Source: Thermoproteota archaeon (GTDB lineage: Archaea; Korarchaeota; Korarchaeia; Korarchaeales; Korarchaeaceae). From it: a DNA stretch of 29,072 bases. The notes under the pieces were generated by a model. That model did not search any database. It saw only the letters and a program-made list of their open reading frames with translations, and was not told the origin of the DNA. Where the stretch lies: contig JAVCBY010000076.1 in the NCBI GenBank assembly GCA_037917625.1, forward strand, positions 1 to 29,072, written 5' to 3'. Within the stretch, counting starts at the first letter, position 1; every line of letters begins with the position of its first letter. The position numbers and the translations under genes are program-made. Positions 17,380 to 25,621 of this stretch are shown piece after piece.

Positions 17380-18702
17380 ATGAGGGAACGAGTGGTAGTC
17401 CTATTAGCGCTTTTAATCCTACTAACACCGATGATGGCTGAGTCTCAGGGGAGCATTACAGTGGGGTTCGATAGGAAGCACGGGCTCTCCTCCGCGAAGT
17501 TCCCGGAGTTGAAGAAGCTACTTGAGGGCGAGGGCTACGTAGTTAAGGATGTTGAGACAATATCCGAGGATATAGATATATTAGTGATCGTGAACCAGAC
17601 GGCTCCATTGAGCGAGGGTGAGATCAGCCAGCTGGACTCATATGTGAGAGCTGGCCACTCCTTACTGATAGTCAGGAATGTAGTGAGTGCAGTATTCAAC
17701 GCGATGCCCACTGAAGATCCGTTGTGCACGATAAAGGTAATAGGTGGCTGCGACCCATTTGAGGCTATTGTTAACTCGACTTACTTCAAGTACTCCAGGG
17801 AGGTAATAGTCAAGGGGAGTTCCCTGAGCCTCTCAGCTAACTTATCGAGGTTCCTGATCAGCAAGGAAGTATGGATAGATAGGGATAAGAATGGGAGGTT
17901 CACTGAGACTGATCCGCGTCAGAGCGACTTGATCTTAATGGTGGGGCAGAGCTACGGTAGGGGGAGGATAGTCATATCCTCAGTAGATTTCTTCAGTGAC
18001 GCTCTTCTCTCTCAGAAGGATAACAAGTTATTCACTAAGGAGCTCTTCTCCTGGCTCTCATCCCCTTCCTTAGCTAAGAGGAAATATGAGGAGGTCAAAC
18101 TTAAGCTCTCCAGCTTCGTTAACATGAAGAGCGATTTAGATAGGGTAGGGGGAGACTCATCAGTGCTCTTGAGCGTTGCAAATAGCATTAACGAGAGTCT
18201 TGAAAGCGTCAAGGCTATGATAGAGAGGGGAGCTAGTGAGGATGCCTTGAGGCAACTTGAAACGATTGAGAAGAAGATAAATGATTATATGAGCTTCGTT
18301 TCAAAGATAGTGGTTATCGAGACGAAGCTATCCCAGTTCACATCATACCTTGAGGAGACGAGAAAGAGCGAGCCTAACATATCCTTGGATAAGTTCTACG
18401 ATGAGGTCTCGAAGCTCAACTCAGAGAAGAGAACTTTATACGAGAAGTGGTCAGCCGGAGATCTTATAGGAGCTAATCAGACAGCGAACTCCATCCTAAA
18501 TAGCATAGAGAATCTGAGCAATGAGGCTAAATCTTATGTAGCTGAGCAGAAGGAGAAGATCAAGAGGATGGAAGAGGAGAAGCAGAGGAACATAATGATA
18601 GCTTTGCTAGCTGTAGTGATAGTAGTGATAGTTGCAGTTGCCTTCCTACTATACAAGAAGAGGAAGGAAGAGTATGAGATAGAGATAAAGCCCCCAGGGT
18701 GA
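17380..18702 (+). CDS. Secreted, C-terminally membrane-anchored protein with a GIFT (GldG/IFT52)/DUF4350-like domain and coiled-coil stalk
   Basis: GGAGGTG RBS then signal peptide MRERVVVLLALLILL; VGFDRKHG...DILVI...YVRAG...GRGRIVISSVDFFSD...DN..F...LFSWL pattern; helical stalk; TM helix followed by KKRK. Confidence 0.7.
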   Translation: MRERVVVLLALLILLTPMMAESQGSITVGFDRKHGLSSAKFPELKKLLEGEGYVVKDVETISEDIDILVIVNQTAPLSEGEISQLDSYVRAGHSLLIVRNVVSAVFNAMPTEDPLCTIKVIGGCDPFEAIVNSTYFKYSREVIVKGSSLSLSANLSRFLISKEVWIDRDKNGRFTETDPRQSDLILMVGQSYGRGRIVISSVDFFSDALLSQKDNKLFTKELFSWLSSPSLAKRKYEEVKLKLSSFVNMKSDLDRVGGDSSVLLSVANSINESLESVKAMIERGASEDALRQLETIEKKINDYMSFVSKIVVIETKLSQFTSYLEETRKSEPNISLDKFYDEVSKLNSEKRTLYEKWSAGDLIGANQTANSILNSIENLSNEAKSYVAEQKEKIKRMEEEKQRNIMIALLAVVIVVIVAVAFLLYKKRKEEYEIEIKPPG

Positions 18703-18706
18703 GAGG

Positions 18707-18985
18707 ATGTACTCAGATCCCAGGTTAGCTTTCAAGCTCGGGGAGTTCATCCAATCTCTTGAGGACAAGCTCATCTACTCGAAGCCCAAAGTGGGGGATC
18801 TAGTGAGGGAGCTTCAAAGACTGAACGAGATGCTCGAGGAGGAGGACAGGGAGATACCTAACTCCTGGATCGATTACCTCAAGCAGAACTACGGAAGCCT
18901 CGATGAACTAGATCCTGATGATAGAAAAGCGTTAGTTCAGGATTTAGAAGGGATTAAGCAATCAATAACGAATAAGATCAAGTGA
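18707..18985 (+). CDS. Small helical hypothetical protein
   Basis: 92 aa, 4 bp downstream of the previous gene, host-like codons. Confidence 0.7.
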   Translation: MYSDPRLAFKLGEFIQSLEDKLIYSKPKVGDLVRELQRLNEMLEEEDREIPNSWIDYLKQNYGSLDELDPDDRKALVQDLEGIKQSITNKIK

Positions 18986-19894
18986 CTACCTCCCCAAGAG
19001 CTGGGAAATCTCCCTTATTTTTCTTTGAGATGTGAAGCCTATTGAGTAAAGTAGAGCCTCGAGGACAGCTCTCCTGCATATCTCAATGTATATTATGTTA
19101 TCCGAGAGGAGCCTGGGCCTCTCCTCCATGCCAACTCCTAACCTCGCGTAAAGGTCCTTGAGCCTCTCTATGAACTTGAGCATCCCCTCCATGTTGAATG
19201 TCTTGAAGTAGAACCTCGCGCACCCCCTAGAGGGCACGCTCCTGAAGAACCTCCCGCTCTGAAAGGTCTTCAAGAATTGAGATGGATACCTATAGAGCCA
19301 ATATGGAATTTCCCAACCGTCATAAAATTCCCTCTTCGTTGGAGCCCCGAAGAGGAGTAGTATGACTCCGAACTGAGATAATAGATAGACCCTCCTCTCC
19401 CTCTTATTTACGGAGATATCAGAAACCTCGATATTGAGGATCCTCCTAGATAGATCTATGATGTGAGAGAGCTGGAAGTCATCATCGTACCTCAAGGATA
19501 TTGTTGCATTTCCCTTCCCTACCTTGAACTTCGAGCTGCTAGAAACAGCATAACCTATGAAGGAAGCTGCAGCCTCTAGATCGAAATTTGGCTTGAGGAA
19601 CCTCCTTATGCCCATACCCTCGATAGATCGGAGGACGTCCCATAGATCTATCCTAGCTAGTTCAGCTAGTTTCAAAACCAAGGCGAGGGGCATAGGTGAG
19701 CTAGGCGTCGACATTATCTTCATTACTTTAACTAATGGAATGCCAGTCTCCTTCGCTATATTTATGTAATTACTCACCTTAAGAGACCTAACTATGAGCT
19801 CCTGCCTCATCTCAAGGCTGAGCTTCACAGGGTAGAGAGGCGGTGCTTTATGAAAGCTCAGCTCGATCCTATCGAGATTCCCATCCGAAGCCAT
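18986..19894 (-). CDS. HTH + degenerate (probably inactive) LAGLIDADG endonuclease-like protein
   Basis: XRE-like HTH (NIAKETGIPLVKVMKI...MPLALVLKLA), then AASFIGYAVSS, EIPYWLY...FLKTFQSG, LKDLYARLGV, YIEI, SIGFTSQRK: the intein-type DOD scaffold without the catalytic DG. Start moved to MASDG. Confidence 0.6.
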   Translation of the reverse strand: MASDGNLDRIELSFHKAPPLYPVKLSLEMRQELIVRSLKVSNYINIAKETGIPLVKVMKIMSTPSSPMPLALVLKLAELARIDLWDVLRSIEGMGIRRFLKPNFDLEAAASFIGYAVSSSSKFKVGKGNATISLRYDDDFQLSHIIDLSRRILNIEVSDISVNKRERRVYLLSQFGVILLLFGAPTKREFYDGWEIPYWLYRYPSQFLKTFQSGRFFRSVPSRGCARFYFKTFNMEGMLKFIERLKDLYARLGVGMEERPRLLSDNIIYIEICRRAVLEALLYSIGFTSQRKIREISQLLGR

Positions 19895-19976
19895 TCGGGT
19901 GGAATTACTGTAACTGAATAAAAATATTATCTCCAAATTTCGGATGGGATTCCTGCAAAATTTCCAAAGTTACCGT

Positions 19977-19989
19977 AAAAAAGAAAAAA
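19977..19989 (-). terminator. Oligo-T terminator candidate of the ftsZ operon
   Basis: Minus strand TTTTTTCTTTTTT a few nt after the stop at 19997. Confidence 0.55.
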
Positions 19990-19996
19990 GGATGGT

Positions 19997-20965
19997 CTAT
20001 CTAGAAGCTGAGATCCCAAGCAGGCCTTCCAGGGTTGGGGACCTCACGCCTGATGCTATTATAGTTATCCTAGGCTCGTTAAGATCCTCAGCTATCCTGA
20101 ATCCCCAGTAGACCCTCTCGAGGAGATAATCCTCAGTCAGGAGCTTAGTAGCAGAGCCAGCTTCCTCCAGACTCGTATTGGGAGTCGCTTGCAGGTAGAC
20201 TAATGCGGAGTCAGCTTCCTTTACCTCAGCATCAAGTAATATATTCCCTAGGGCTGTCTTAGCAGCATCCGCGACCCTTCCACCGACTCCAAGCCCTACA
20301 GCACCCAGGCCTGCTTCCCTAACCACAGCCTCGAAGTCAGCGAAGCTTATGCTTACGACATGGGGCATGTAGAATAGGTTAGCGAGGTCCGAGATGACGG
20401 CAGCCAGTAATGAGTCAGCGTACTTGAACGCGTATTGAACCTGTATGTACCCGATCTTCCTGCTCAGTATATCGTTTAAGTTCACTATAGTGAGATCAGC
20501 TACTCCCATTATCCTCGAGAGGCCGTATCTAGCGTTATTTACCTTCCCCAATCCCTCCCAGGAGAAGGGGAAGGAGACTAAGGCTATCCTTATCACATCC
20601 GGGAACCTGTCCCTAACTGCGGAGAGTATGGGTGCAACCCCTCCTGAAGCAGTCCCTCCTCCTAGCCCTCCAGTCACTATGAGAACGTTCGGCCTACCTA
20701 TAGCAGCCATTATCCTATCCAGATCCGCCATTATGGCCCTCTCGCCCACATTTGGATTGCCCCCACTACCGAAACCGCCAGTCACAGTTTCCCCGACGAG
20801 AAGCTTGGTATCTGACTTTATCGCTTTTAGGTGGTTGGCCTCAGTATGTATGGCTATCGTCTTTACAGGCGCGCCTACTTCCTTAAGTCTGTTTAAAGTA
20901 TTGCAACCAGCTCCTCCTACTCCCACAACAGTCATCGTCACTCTAGCCTCAGGAGCCCCTGACAT
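19997..20965 (-). CDS. ftsZ: FtsZ/tubulin-family protein, paralog E (5th in operon)
   Basis: GVGGAGCN, AIHTE, GFGSGG, T4 GGGTASG, PFSWEG, T7 SISFAD. Confidence 0.88.
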   Translation of the reverse strand: MSGAPEARVTMTVVGVGGAGCNTLNRLKEVGAPVKTIAIHTEANHLKAIKSDTKLLVGETVTGGFGSGGNPNVGERAIMADLDRIMAAIGRPNVLIVTGGLGGGTASGGVAPILSAVRDRFPDVIRIALVSFPFSWEGLGKVNNARYGLSRIMGVADLTIVNLNDILSRKIGYIQVQYAFKYADSLLAAVISDLANLFYMPHVVSISFADFEAVVREAGLGAVGLGVGGRVADAAKTALGNILLDAEVKEADSALVYLQATPNTSLEEAGSATKLLTEDYLLERVYWGFRIAEDLNEPRITIIASGVRSPTLEGLLGISASR

Positions 20966-20968
20966 CGC

Positions 20969-21958
20969 TTAACCACCTCCCATAGAGCTTAAGAAGTCCT
21001 CCACCATCCTAGACTTGACGCCGAATGTGTAAACAGTGACCTTAGGCGTGGTCATCTCTATGCTCGGCTTGAGGCCGAAGTATACCTCAGGTATGCCTAA
21101 ATTCGTCGTTAGGACATCCTGAACGTACGTCATCCCCTCGACTGAGACAGCTGTCTCAGCTGACTCCAATATACCAACTACACCCTTAGCTCCCTTATGA
21201 TCGGCATCGCCAAAGGGATCGACTAAGGAGGACTCGAATGCCTCTCTTGCAGTCCTCCCTTCCCCGAATCCAGCGTAACCCAATCCAGATCCCTTGGCAA
21301 TTTCCTTCATTACTGCGAAGTCAACGTTCTGCATTCCAGGGAGTGGTGAGAGGTTCTGAAGGGAAGCCAGGCCCTTTACAACGTTGAAGAGCCTATCATC
21401 CATCATCTTATACGCTCTAGTCAGCGGAACATTCGTGAACTTCCTCTTCAGGACATCATTGAACGCGACCCAGGTGACGTCAGATAGGTCTATTATCTCA
21501 GATAGGCCGTACTTAGCGTTATTTATCCTCACCTCTCCCTCGCTCGCGAATGGTATAACAACGTAACTTATAGTTAGAGCATTCGGTAAGCTCTCCTTTA
21601 TAGTCTCAGCCAACGTCACTATTCCTCCTGTTCCCGCACCTCCTCCTAAGCCAGCTAAGAGTACTATGAGCTCCCTATCGCTCAGCATAGATATTAGGTT
21701 CTCTTTAACAGTCTCCATAGCTTTCCTCCCATTCTCTATAGTTCTAGCGCTCCTCCCACCGAGGAAGGATTCACCCGCGAGCACCTTATGATCGGCTTTC
21801 GTCGCATTAAGAGAGGCTGCATCAGTATTCACTGCTATTAACTTCGCATCCGTGAAGCCGGTCCTCTTGATGTTCGTTATCATATTGCAACCTGCTCCTC
21901 CTATGCCCACTACAGCCAGCTTGAGCTGGGCAGTGGGCTCTCCTCTCCTCCAACTCAT
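20969..21958 (-). CDS. ftsZ: FtsZ/tubulin-family protein, paralog D (4th)
   Basis: GIGGAGCN, AVNTD, T4 GGGAGTG, PFASEG, T7 NVDFAV. Confidence 0.88.
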   Translation of the reverse strand: MSWRRGEPTAQLKLAVVGIGGAGCNMITNIKRTGFTDAKLIAVNTDAASLNATKADHKVLAGESFLGGRSARTIENGRKAMETVKENLISMLSDRELIVLLAGLGGGAGTGGIVTLAETIKESLPNALTISYVVIPFASEGEVRINNAKYGLSEIIDLSDVTWVAFNDVLKRKFTNVPLTRAYKMMDDRLFNVVKGLASLQNLSPLPGMQNVDFAVMKEIAKGSGLGYAGFGEGRTAREAFESSLVDPFGDADHKGAKGVVGILESAETAVSVEGMTYVQDVLTTNLGIPEVYFGLKPSIEMTTPKVTVYTFGVKSRMVEDFLSSMGGG

Positions 21959-22191
21959 TTCCTCCTCACCTCCACAACACCTTTAACTAAAACAACATCA
22001 CCAACAGCTAAAATATTTGATGGGGGGAGTGTGTACTCCAAGATTTTCTCACTTCCTCCCCTAGCTATCTTCACCCTTACGAGGAGGCTAGCCTTTCCCT
22101 CTTGATCTATGACGACATCCTCCACTACTCCTACCCTCCTCCCTGAGCTATCTATCACCTCTTTCCCCACTACTTCCTCCCTCTTGATCAT
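21955..22191 (-). CDS. PRC-barrel domain protein (CdpB-like)
   Basis: VVGKEVIDSSGRRVGVVEDVVID...LPPSNILAVGDVVLV; start ATG 22191 overlaps the upstream stop (ATGA) and its own stop overlaps the next ATG. Confidence 0.85.
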   Translation of the reverse strand: MIKREEVVGKEVIDSSGRRVGVVEDVVIDQEGKASLLVRVKIARGGSEKILEYTLPPSNILAVGDVVLVKGVVEVRRK

Positions 22192-23186
22192 GATATCCCT
22201 CCTTGTAGCCACCTGTCGACGAGCTCTGATCTGACTCCAGTCGCTAAGAGCATTATCTTAGGCTCATAAAGCTTCCAGTTCGGCTTTATTCCCCAGAATA
22301 TGCTCATTATGTTGTAATCACTCGAAAGTGTCTGAGGTATCCTGTCGAGCTCCCTCATCACTAGCTGCGATTGGTTGCCCTCAACGTAAACTATAGCTCC
22401 CTTCGCGTTCCTTATATCTGCTTCGCTATAATTTGCAGCTATTGAATTTCTGAAAGCCTCCATCGCATTTCTTCCTCTACCTATCCCTATGAATCCCAAG
22501 CCGGAGTTCCTGACGAGGACTTCCATATTGCTGAAATCTATGTTGACGAGGCCTGGTTGCGGTACTATATCTTGCAGGCCAACTATAGAATCTATTATGT
22601 CGACTAAGAGCTTATCCATCTCCCTGAAAGCTTGGCTAACTGGTAAGTTGCCTGCTCTCTCCTTGAGCAGATCATTAGCATTGACTACAGTCATATCAGC
22701 AGAGTCGAGCATTCTGGAGAGGCCCCACTGGGCATTCCTTATTCTAGTTGGCCCCTCCGATGTGAAAGGTAGAGTCACTATCCCTATAACTATCTTGTCA
22801 GGGAACTTCTCCTTAATAGCTTCAGCTATTGTCGGCCCAGCTCCCGTCCCCGTGCCACCTCCCATGCCCGCAGTTATCATTATGAGCTCCTTGTCCCTCA
22901 GCGGGGTTAATATCTTGTCCATATCTTGCTCTGCTATCATCCTGCCTAGCTCCGGCGAACCCGCAGCTCCCCTTCCTTTGTGAGCGCCCTCCCCGATCAG
23001 TATCTTTATGTCAGCGCTTATCCTCTGCAGAGTAGGAGCATCCGTATTTACTGCGACAGTTGGAACCCTGACGCCATATCTCTTCACGTTGTTCACAGTA
23101 TTATTACCGCATCCCCCAACGCCGACTAACACCATCTTGAGGGCGGAGAGCTCAGAAGCCCTAGCTAACTCAGACCTAGACATCAT
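22188..23186 (-). CDS. ftsZ: FtsZ/tubulin-family protein, paralog C (3rd)
   Basis: GVGGCGNN, AVNTD, GRGAAG, canonical T4 GGGTGTG, PFTSEG, T7 NIDFSN. Confidence 0.92.
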   Translation of the reverse strand: MMSRSELARASELSALKMVLVGVGGCGNNTVNNVKRYGVRVPTVAVNTDAPTLQRISADIKILIGEGAHKGRGAAGSPELGRMIAEQDMDKILTPLRDKELIMITAGMGGGTGTGAGPTIAEAIKEKFPDKIVIGIVTLPFTSEGPTRIRNAQWGLSRMLDSADMTVVNANDLLKERAGNLPVSQAFREMDKLLVDIIDSIVGLQDIVPQPGLVNIDFSNMEVLVRNSGLGFIGIGRGRNAMEAFRNSIAANYSEADIRNAKGAIVYVEGNQSQLVMRELDRIPQTLSSDYNIMSIFWGIKPNWKLYEPKIMLLATGVRSELVDRWLQGGIS

Positions 23187-23197
23187 AGAGGCTCACC

Positions 23198-23512
23198 TCA
23201 TAGCGCACTTCCCATGGATATCATCTTAGACTCTAATATCCTCATAAATGTTCTCCTTAACTCCTCCATATCTGTTACACTTCCTCCCTTCGCCTCAACG
23301 TATTCTTTGACGGCTAATAAGGGAGGTATGTATGGGAATTTCTCCTGCCTCGCGAACCATGCTAGCGAGACCTCGCCTTTATTTTCATCTAAGTACCTGC
23401 TGATCAGCTCAGCAACTGATACCCTAGGCTCAGGTTGAACAGGAGGTTGAGCGGGTTGAACAGGAGGTTGAGATTCCTCCTCCTTCTCCTTCTTCCTACG
23501 GAACATATCCAT
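23198..23512 (-). CDS. Small hypothetical protein with a Pro/Gln linker inside the ftsZ operon
   Basis: GGAGGGGG RBS; MDMFRRKK N-terminus, QPPVQP repeat linker, small helical C-domain; gaps of 9 and 11 bp to its neighbours. Confidence 0.75.
   Translation of the reverse strand: MDMFRRKKEKEEESQPPVQPAQPPVQPEPRVSVAELISRYLDENKGEVSLAWFARQEKFPYIPPLLAVKEYVEAKGGSVTDMEELRRTFMRILESKMISMGSAL
23433..23472. repeat. Intragenic tandem duplication, 19 bp identical at 21-bp period
   Basis: GGTTGAACAGGAGGTTGAG at 23433-23451 and 23454-23472, encoding QPPVQP twice. Confidence 0.85.
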
Positions 23513-23521
23513 CCCCCCTCC

Positions 23522-24550
23522 TCATAAACCTAAATCAGCTAAAAAATCATCTACATATTGGGATCTCACTTGAGTCACGAGTAGGTTGACCCTCACGTCA
23601 GGGTACTCGAAGGTAGGCCTGACTCCCATGAACACAGTAGGGATCCTGTACCTCCTGCTCAATATATCAGTGGCTTCCCTCATCTGATCCACCCTCAGAT
23701 CAACGGATTTGCCCTCGAAATATATTATCGCTCCCTTCGCTTCAGTTAAATCAGTTTTAGCATAATCATCTTGCAGGGCGTCATCGAAGGCCTCGAATAT
23801 GTAGCGACCTCTCCCCACCCCTATGAATCCCAAGCCGGATTGATAGGATATCCTCGAGAAATTACTGAGATCTACGTTAACGTAACCGGGTCCCGTCTCA
23901 GCACTCTGCATCTTAACGAGAGCATAGATGCTCCTCTCTATCTTCCTATTAACCATTGAGAATGCATAATTTAGGTCTACAGCTCTTGCTTTCTCCATAG
24001 CTAGATCGTTAGCATTAACTACAGTCACATCAGAGACTTCTAAGGTCTCCCTCAATGAGAATTGGGCATTCCTCTTCCTCTCCTCCCCCTCCTCCCTCAT
24101 GGGTAATGTAACTACTGAGATCTTTATTGCCTCCTTATTCCTCAAGCCGATCTCCCTCATGAGCACTGGGAGGCCTCCTGAACCGGTTCCACCTCCCATC
24201 CCAGCTATACCTATGACTATATCTACGTTCTCATCCAAGGCTCTCAATACGCTCTCTATATCCTCCTCCATTGCCTCCCTTCCTATATCAGGTACTCCTT
24301 GAGCTCCTCTCCCCTTGTGCGTGTACCTGCCTATCAGGACTTTCTCATCCGCATCCGTCTTCTTTAGTACAGCGGAGTCCGTATTGACAGCTATCGTCTT
24401 TACGTTCTTCGGGAACTTCTTGTAGAATGCGCTTATTATATTATTGCCACATCCCCCAATACCTACTATATTTATCTTAGCCTCTGTAGCTTTCTCTACA
24501 CTCTCCAACCCCCTATCAACGGTCCTCCTCCTAACAGCCATCTCCATCAC
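23522..24550 (-). CDS. ftsZ: FtsZ/tubulin-family protein, paralog B (2nd)
   Basis: GIGGCGNN, AVNTD, GRGAQG, canonical T4 GGGTGSG, T7 NVDLSN. Confidence 0.92.
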   Translation of the reverse strand: MMEMAVRRRTVDRGLESVEKATEAKINIVGIGGCGNNIISAFYKKFPKNVKTIAVNTDSAVLKKTDADEKVLIGRYTHKGRGAQGVPDIGREAMEEDIESVLRALDENVDIVIGIAGMGGGTGSGGLPVLMREIGLRNKEAIKISVVTLPMREEGEERKRNAQFSLRETLEVSDVTVVNANDLAMEKARAVDLNYAFSMVNRKIERSIYALVKMQSAETGPGYVNVDLSNFSRISYQSGLGFIGVGRGRYIFEAFDDALQDDYAKTDLTEAKGAIIYFEGKSVDLRVDQMREATDILSRRYRIPTVFMGVRPTFEYPDVRVNLLVTQVRSQYVDDFLADLGL

Positions 24551-25560
24551 TCCCTTAAGAGCTCCTTAACATCACCTATCATATCCCTCACGAATGGAGA
24601 ATCGACTCCAGTAGCGTAAACGAAGGACTCCGGTGTCCTGAGCATTGGGTTCAACCTAGCCCCAAATGAAATTTTCTCAACATCGTACTTCTCCGTTATG
24701 AGCCTCGGCCCATCTATGACCTCCGAGAGGCTCGCAGTTGGAGGTATCTTGATATAGAGGAGATAGCCTGAGGCTGATGTAGGAGCAGCATCCAGCAACC
24801 TAGTATCTATAGCGCTCTCAACAGCTTTCCTAACGCTCCTATGGGAGCCTATGCCTATGAACCCTATCCCGGATCTCTCTATCATCCCCCTAAGATCTGG
24901 GAAGTCGAGCCTCTGCAACGTATCCCTGGGATCCAGCATCTCGACTATGTAATTTATGGCCATCTTCAGTATATTGTCCATCCTTGAGTAAGCGACTTGC
25001 GCAGGCATCTCACCGAATTTCTCCAAGAGGACATCGTTCATGTTCACTACGACACTATCGTTCACGACGACTATTTCTCTCAATCCAGATTGGACGTTCT
25101 TCATCTTCGTCTGCCCTTCGTACCTGAAGGGGATCGTTACAATGGATATCATAGCTGGGGCCTTATCTCCATACTGATCCCTTATCGCTCTCAGTAGATA
25201 TGGCAATCCGCCGCTCCCCATACCTCCGCCCAATCCAGCTACAGCTATGAGGAGATCGCAGATATCCAGAGTCCTTATAACTTTATCTAAATCCTCATCT
25301 ACTGCTTTCTGAGCTAAGCTTATATCTCCTCCGCTTCCCCTTCCCCTCAGCGTATTCTCCCCAACTTGAATTATCTCATGGGCCTTAACTTGTCTCAGAG
25401 CATTTAGATCAGAGTCCAAAGCGACTAATTTCGCCAATTCCATTCCAGATCTTGCTAAGCTATCGATGGCCTTTATCCCTGCTCCCCCAACACCTAAAAC
25501 AGTAATCTTAGTTGGTATTTCCTCAAATCTAGTTGGAAGACCGGCCCTACTGCTAGCCAT
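24547..25560 (-). CDS. ftsZ: FtsZ/tubulin-family protein, paralog A (1st)
   Basis: GVGGAGIK, ALDSD, GRGSGG, T4 GGGMGSG, PFRYEG, T7 RLDFPD; GGAGGT RBS 8 nt before ATG 25560 (alternative GTG 25566). Confidence 0.88.
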   Translation of the reverse strand: MASSRAGLPTRFEEIPTKITVLGVGGAGIKAIDSLARSGMELAKLVALDSDLNALRQVKAHEIIQVGENTLRGRGSGGDISLAQKAVDEDLDKVIRTLDICDLLIAVAGLGGGMGSGGLPYLLRAIRDQYGDKAPAMISIVTIPFRYEGQTKMKNVQSGLREIVVVNDSVVVNMNDVLLEKFGEMPAQVAYSRMDNILKMAINYIVEMLDPRDTLQRLDFPDLRGMIERSGIGFIGIGSHRSVRKAVESAIDTRLLDAAPTSASGYLLYIKIPPTASLSEVIDGPRLITEKYDVEKISFGARLNPMLRTPESFVYATGVDSPFVRDMIGDVKELLRE

Positions 25561-25621
25561 CCTCACTTACCTCCCATTTTATAGGACGAAAACTCTGGCC
25601 CATCACTTCACTCCCTCTCAA

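Noticed and set aside
16727-17381. ORFs 16727-16960, 16905-17174 and 17154-17381
   Set aside because: Atypical composition and no motifs; the region is better explained as an IS relic plus AT-rich promoter DNA.
18986-19936. Intein or active homing endonuclease
   Set aside because: No N-terminal Cys/Ser splicing block, no C-terminal His-Asn, no host extein, and the catalytic acidic residues are absent.
23433-23472. CRISPR-like repeat
   Set aside because: Only two copies, 2-nt spacer, in-frame within a coding linker. No CRISPR array was seen anywhere in the window.
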